From: an uncultured Pelagibacteraceae bacterium
GTDB lineage: Bacteria; Pseudomonadota; Alphaproteobacteria; Pelagibacterales; Pelagibacteraceae
Reading direction: 5' to 3'
NCBI GenBank assembly: GCA_902570505.1
Contig: CACFYR010000002.1
Coordinates: forward strand, 1,540 to 65,539
DNA: 64,000 nt
The position numbers and the translations under genes are program-made. Positions within the stretch are counted from its first letter, which is position 1. Each line of letters opens with the position of its first letter. Positions 61,818 to 64,000 of this stretch are shown piece by piece. Under the pieces are notes generated by a model. It was not told where the DNA came from, ran no database searches, and saw nothing but the letters and a program-made list of their open reading frames with translations.

Positions 61818-63106
61818 GTTTTAAAAGGATCCTCAATTAAAATTGTATCGTTTCTTTCTGGACTTGTGGATATACTAGATACTTTAGTTTCAATAAATTG
61901 TTCTAAATCATTAATATATTTTTTTGCATTTTCAGGTAAATTTTTAAAATTTTTTATACCTTTTGTTGAGGACTTCCATCCTTCGAAGGTTTTATAAATT
62001 GGCTTTACTTTCAATTGATCATCTACTGCAGCGGGCAAATAATCAATTTGAGTTCCATTTAATTCATATCCTACACACATTTTAATATGATCTAGATCAT
62101 CTAAAACATCAAGTTTGGTTAAGGCTATTCCGTTGATCCCAGAAATTTTAATTGTTTGTCTAACTAAAACACCATCAAACCAACCACAACGTCTTTTCCT
62201 GCTAGTTACTGTTCCAAATTCTTTACCTTTAGTACCAAGCTCTTCGCCAATTTCGTCTGTTAACTCTGTCGGGAATGGGCCTTCGCCAACTCTTGTTGTA
62301 TAAGCTTTTGTAATACCTAAAACATAATTTATAGAATTTGGTCCACAACCAGAGCCAGTAGCTGCTGAGGATGCTACTGTATTAGATGATGTTACAAATG
62401 GATAAGTACCATGATCAACATCTAGGAGAATTCCTTGTGCACCTTCAAATAAAATTTTTTTTCTTAGGGATTTAAATTCATCAATTTTTTTCCAAACTGG
62501 TCTTGAATATTTTAAAATTTCTGGTGCAATTTTTAACAAATCTTCCTTTAGTTTATCTTTATGATACACCTTTTTTCCCAATCCTTTTCTTATTGCGTTG
62601 TGATGTAATAAAACAGTTTCTAACCTGTGGTCTAGATTTTCTTCTGATATCAAATCCATTACTCTTATAGATCTTCTTCCTACTTTGTCTTCATATGCGG
62701 GTCCAATACCTCTTCTGGTAGTTCCAATTTTAGCTTTTCCGGCGGCGTCTTCTCTAATTTCATCCATCTCTTTATGAAAAGGTAATATTAAATTTGCTGA
62801 CTCAGATATAATTAAATTTTCAGGACTGACTTGAACACCTTTCGATTTAATTTCTTCGATCTCATCTAGAAAAGCCCAAGGATCAATGACCACACCATTT
62901 CCAATTATTGAAATTTTATCTTTTCTTACTATACCTGATGGTAGAAGTCTTAATTTATAGGTAACCCCGTCAATTACTAATGTGTGACCTGCATTATGGC
63001 CTCCTTGAAATCTAACTACAACATCAGCTTCACTAGATAACCAGTCTACAATTTTTCCTTTACCTTCGTCACCCCACTGAGATCCAACAACTACAACATT
63101 TTTCAT
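61814..63106 (-). CDS. purA: Adenylosuccinate synthetase
   Basis: [38 protein letters not shown]. Confidence 0.97.
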   Translation of the reverse strand: MKNVVVVGSQWGDEGKGKIVDWLSSEADVVVRFQGGHNAGHTLVIDGVTYKLRLLPSGIVRKDKISIIGNGVVIDPWAFLDEIEEIKSKGVQVSPENLIISESANLILPFHKEMDEIREDAAGKAKIGTTRRGIGPAYEDKVGRRSIRVMDLISEENLDHRLETVLLHHNAIRKGLGKKVYHKDKLKEDLLKIAPEILKYSRPVWKKIDEFKSLRKKILFEGAQGILLDVDHGTYPFVTSSNTVASSAATGSGCGPNSINYVLGITKAYTTRVGEGPFPTELTDEIGEELGTKGKEFGTVTSRKRRCGWFDGVLVRQTIKISGINGIALTKLDVLDDLDHIKMCVGYELNGTQIDYLPAAVDDQLKVKPIYKTFEGWKSSTKGIKNFKNLPENAKKYINDLEQFIETKVSSISTSPERNDTILIEDPFKT

Positions 63107-63912
63107 TTAATTTTTTTAATTTCAATATTATTTATATGATTTATTGGTCCATGGCCTTTACCATAATTTGGTCCAGATATTATAGCACGGTTAACATAAT
63201 TTATTCCAAGCTCACAAGATTTCTTTAGAGTTTTTCCACATGAAAAGTACGCAGCTATGGCGCTAGATAATGTGCACCCTGTGCCATGCGTATTTTTTGT
63301 CTTAATTTTATTATTTTTAAAGACTTTCTCTTCATATTTATTCAAATATAGATCATATAGATAATTATTTTTTAAATGCCCTCCTTTAAGCAAAACATTT
63401 TTTGCGCCAAGACTTAATAGTTTTTTTCCAGCAATATACATATCGTCTATATCTTGGATTTTAGTTTTGGTTAATATTTCTGCTTCAGGTATATTAGGAG
63501 TTATCAATGTGACTCTTTTCATCAATTTAGTTTTAATTATTTTAATTGATTTATAGTCAACTAATTTTGCACCTCCTTTTGCAACCATAACAGGGTCTAA
63601 AATAATTTTTTTAACTTTTATTTTATTCAAAGAATTTATTACTGTTTCTATTACTTTTGTTGAGTGCAACATTCCTATTTTAATTACATCAGGTTTAATA
63701 TCCCCAGAGGTAAATTCTATTTGTTTAGATATAACTTTTGTTGGTATTGGTACGATAGCATTTATCCCAGTAGTGTTTTGAGATGTAACTGCTGTTATAG
63801 CTGTCATAGCATAGGATCCGAGTGCTGTAATAGTCTTAATATCTGCTTGGATACCTGCACCACCCGATGAGTCTGATCCAGCTATAATTAATATTTTAGA
63901 ATTTAATTTCAA
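63103..63912 (-). CDS. thiD: Hydroxymethylpyrimidine/phosphomethylpyrimidine kinase
   Basis: [32 protein letters not shown]; TTG start. Confidence 0.95.
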   Translation of the reverse strand: MKLNSKILIIAGSDSSGGAGIQADIKTITALGSYAMTAITAVTSQNTTGINAIVPIPTKVISKQIEFTSGDIKPDVIKIGMLHSTKVIETVINSLNKIKVKKIILDPVMVAKGGAKLVDYKSIKIIKTKLMKRVTLITPNIPEAEILTKTKIQDIDDMYIAGKKLLSLGAKNVLLKGGHLKNNYLYDLYLNKYEEKVFKNNKIKTKNTHGTGCTLSSAIAAYFSCGKTLKKSCELGINYVNRAIISGPNYGKGHGPINHINNIEIKKIK

Positions 63913-63913
63913 T

Positions 63914-64000
63914 TTAAGTAATAGATTTTTTTACAACAATTATACATTTTTTTAATAAATTAATATTATAAGACTCACCCATAATTCTTATCATTGGCTC
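63914..64000 (-). CDS. glmM: 3' end of phosphoglucosamine mutase (partial)
   Basis: Manual translation EPMIRIMGESYNINLLKKCIIVVKKSIT* matches the (SGT)EPxIRVMxE C-terminus; glmM-thiD-purA synteny. Confidence 0.7.
   Translation of the reverse strand, partial: EPMIRIMGESYNINLLKKCIIVVKKSIT

Overview
A very AT-rich (roughly 28-30% GC by eye), extremely gene-dense alphaproteobacterial chromosome segment. Gene content and order, tiny intergenic gaps and a two-piece (circularly permuted) tmRNA point to a Pelagibacterales (SAR11) genome. About 1-25 kb is a nutrient-scavenging region. It holds a catabolic operon (M19 dipeptidase-like gene, 554-aa hypothetical, DUF3726-like gene, ureohydrolase, aldehyde dehydrogenase), eutA-doeA ahead of a PotABCD-type ABC transporter, a Liv-type ABC system, an outer-membrane beta-barrel gene and redox genes. 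The Pot-type transporter carries four homopolymer frameshifts. About 25-64 kb is core housekeeping: mreBCD-mrdA-rodA, ilv/leu, miaA, degP, hflKC, thyX, ssrA, tRNA-Leu(GAG), nadAC, ppdK, glyQS, ispB, pdxH, aroC, dxs-ispA-xseB, sua5, an ABC-2 exporter, a GT2, tRNA-Arg(UCG), rluD, rpoH, purA, thiD and the 3' end of glmM. I saw no CRISPR, integrase, transposase or prophage. The best leads are: (1) a compact hairpin RNA at 22583-22629 whose loop is the exact antisense of an SD + AUG GCU AAA translation-start region; (2) two unannotated small membrane-protein ORFs; (3) the putative N-heterocycle/betaine (homarine-like) catabolic operon; (4) the frameshift cluster; (5) the unusual tRNA-Arg(UCG). All product calls come from recognising motifs and synteny, not from database searches.
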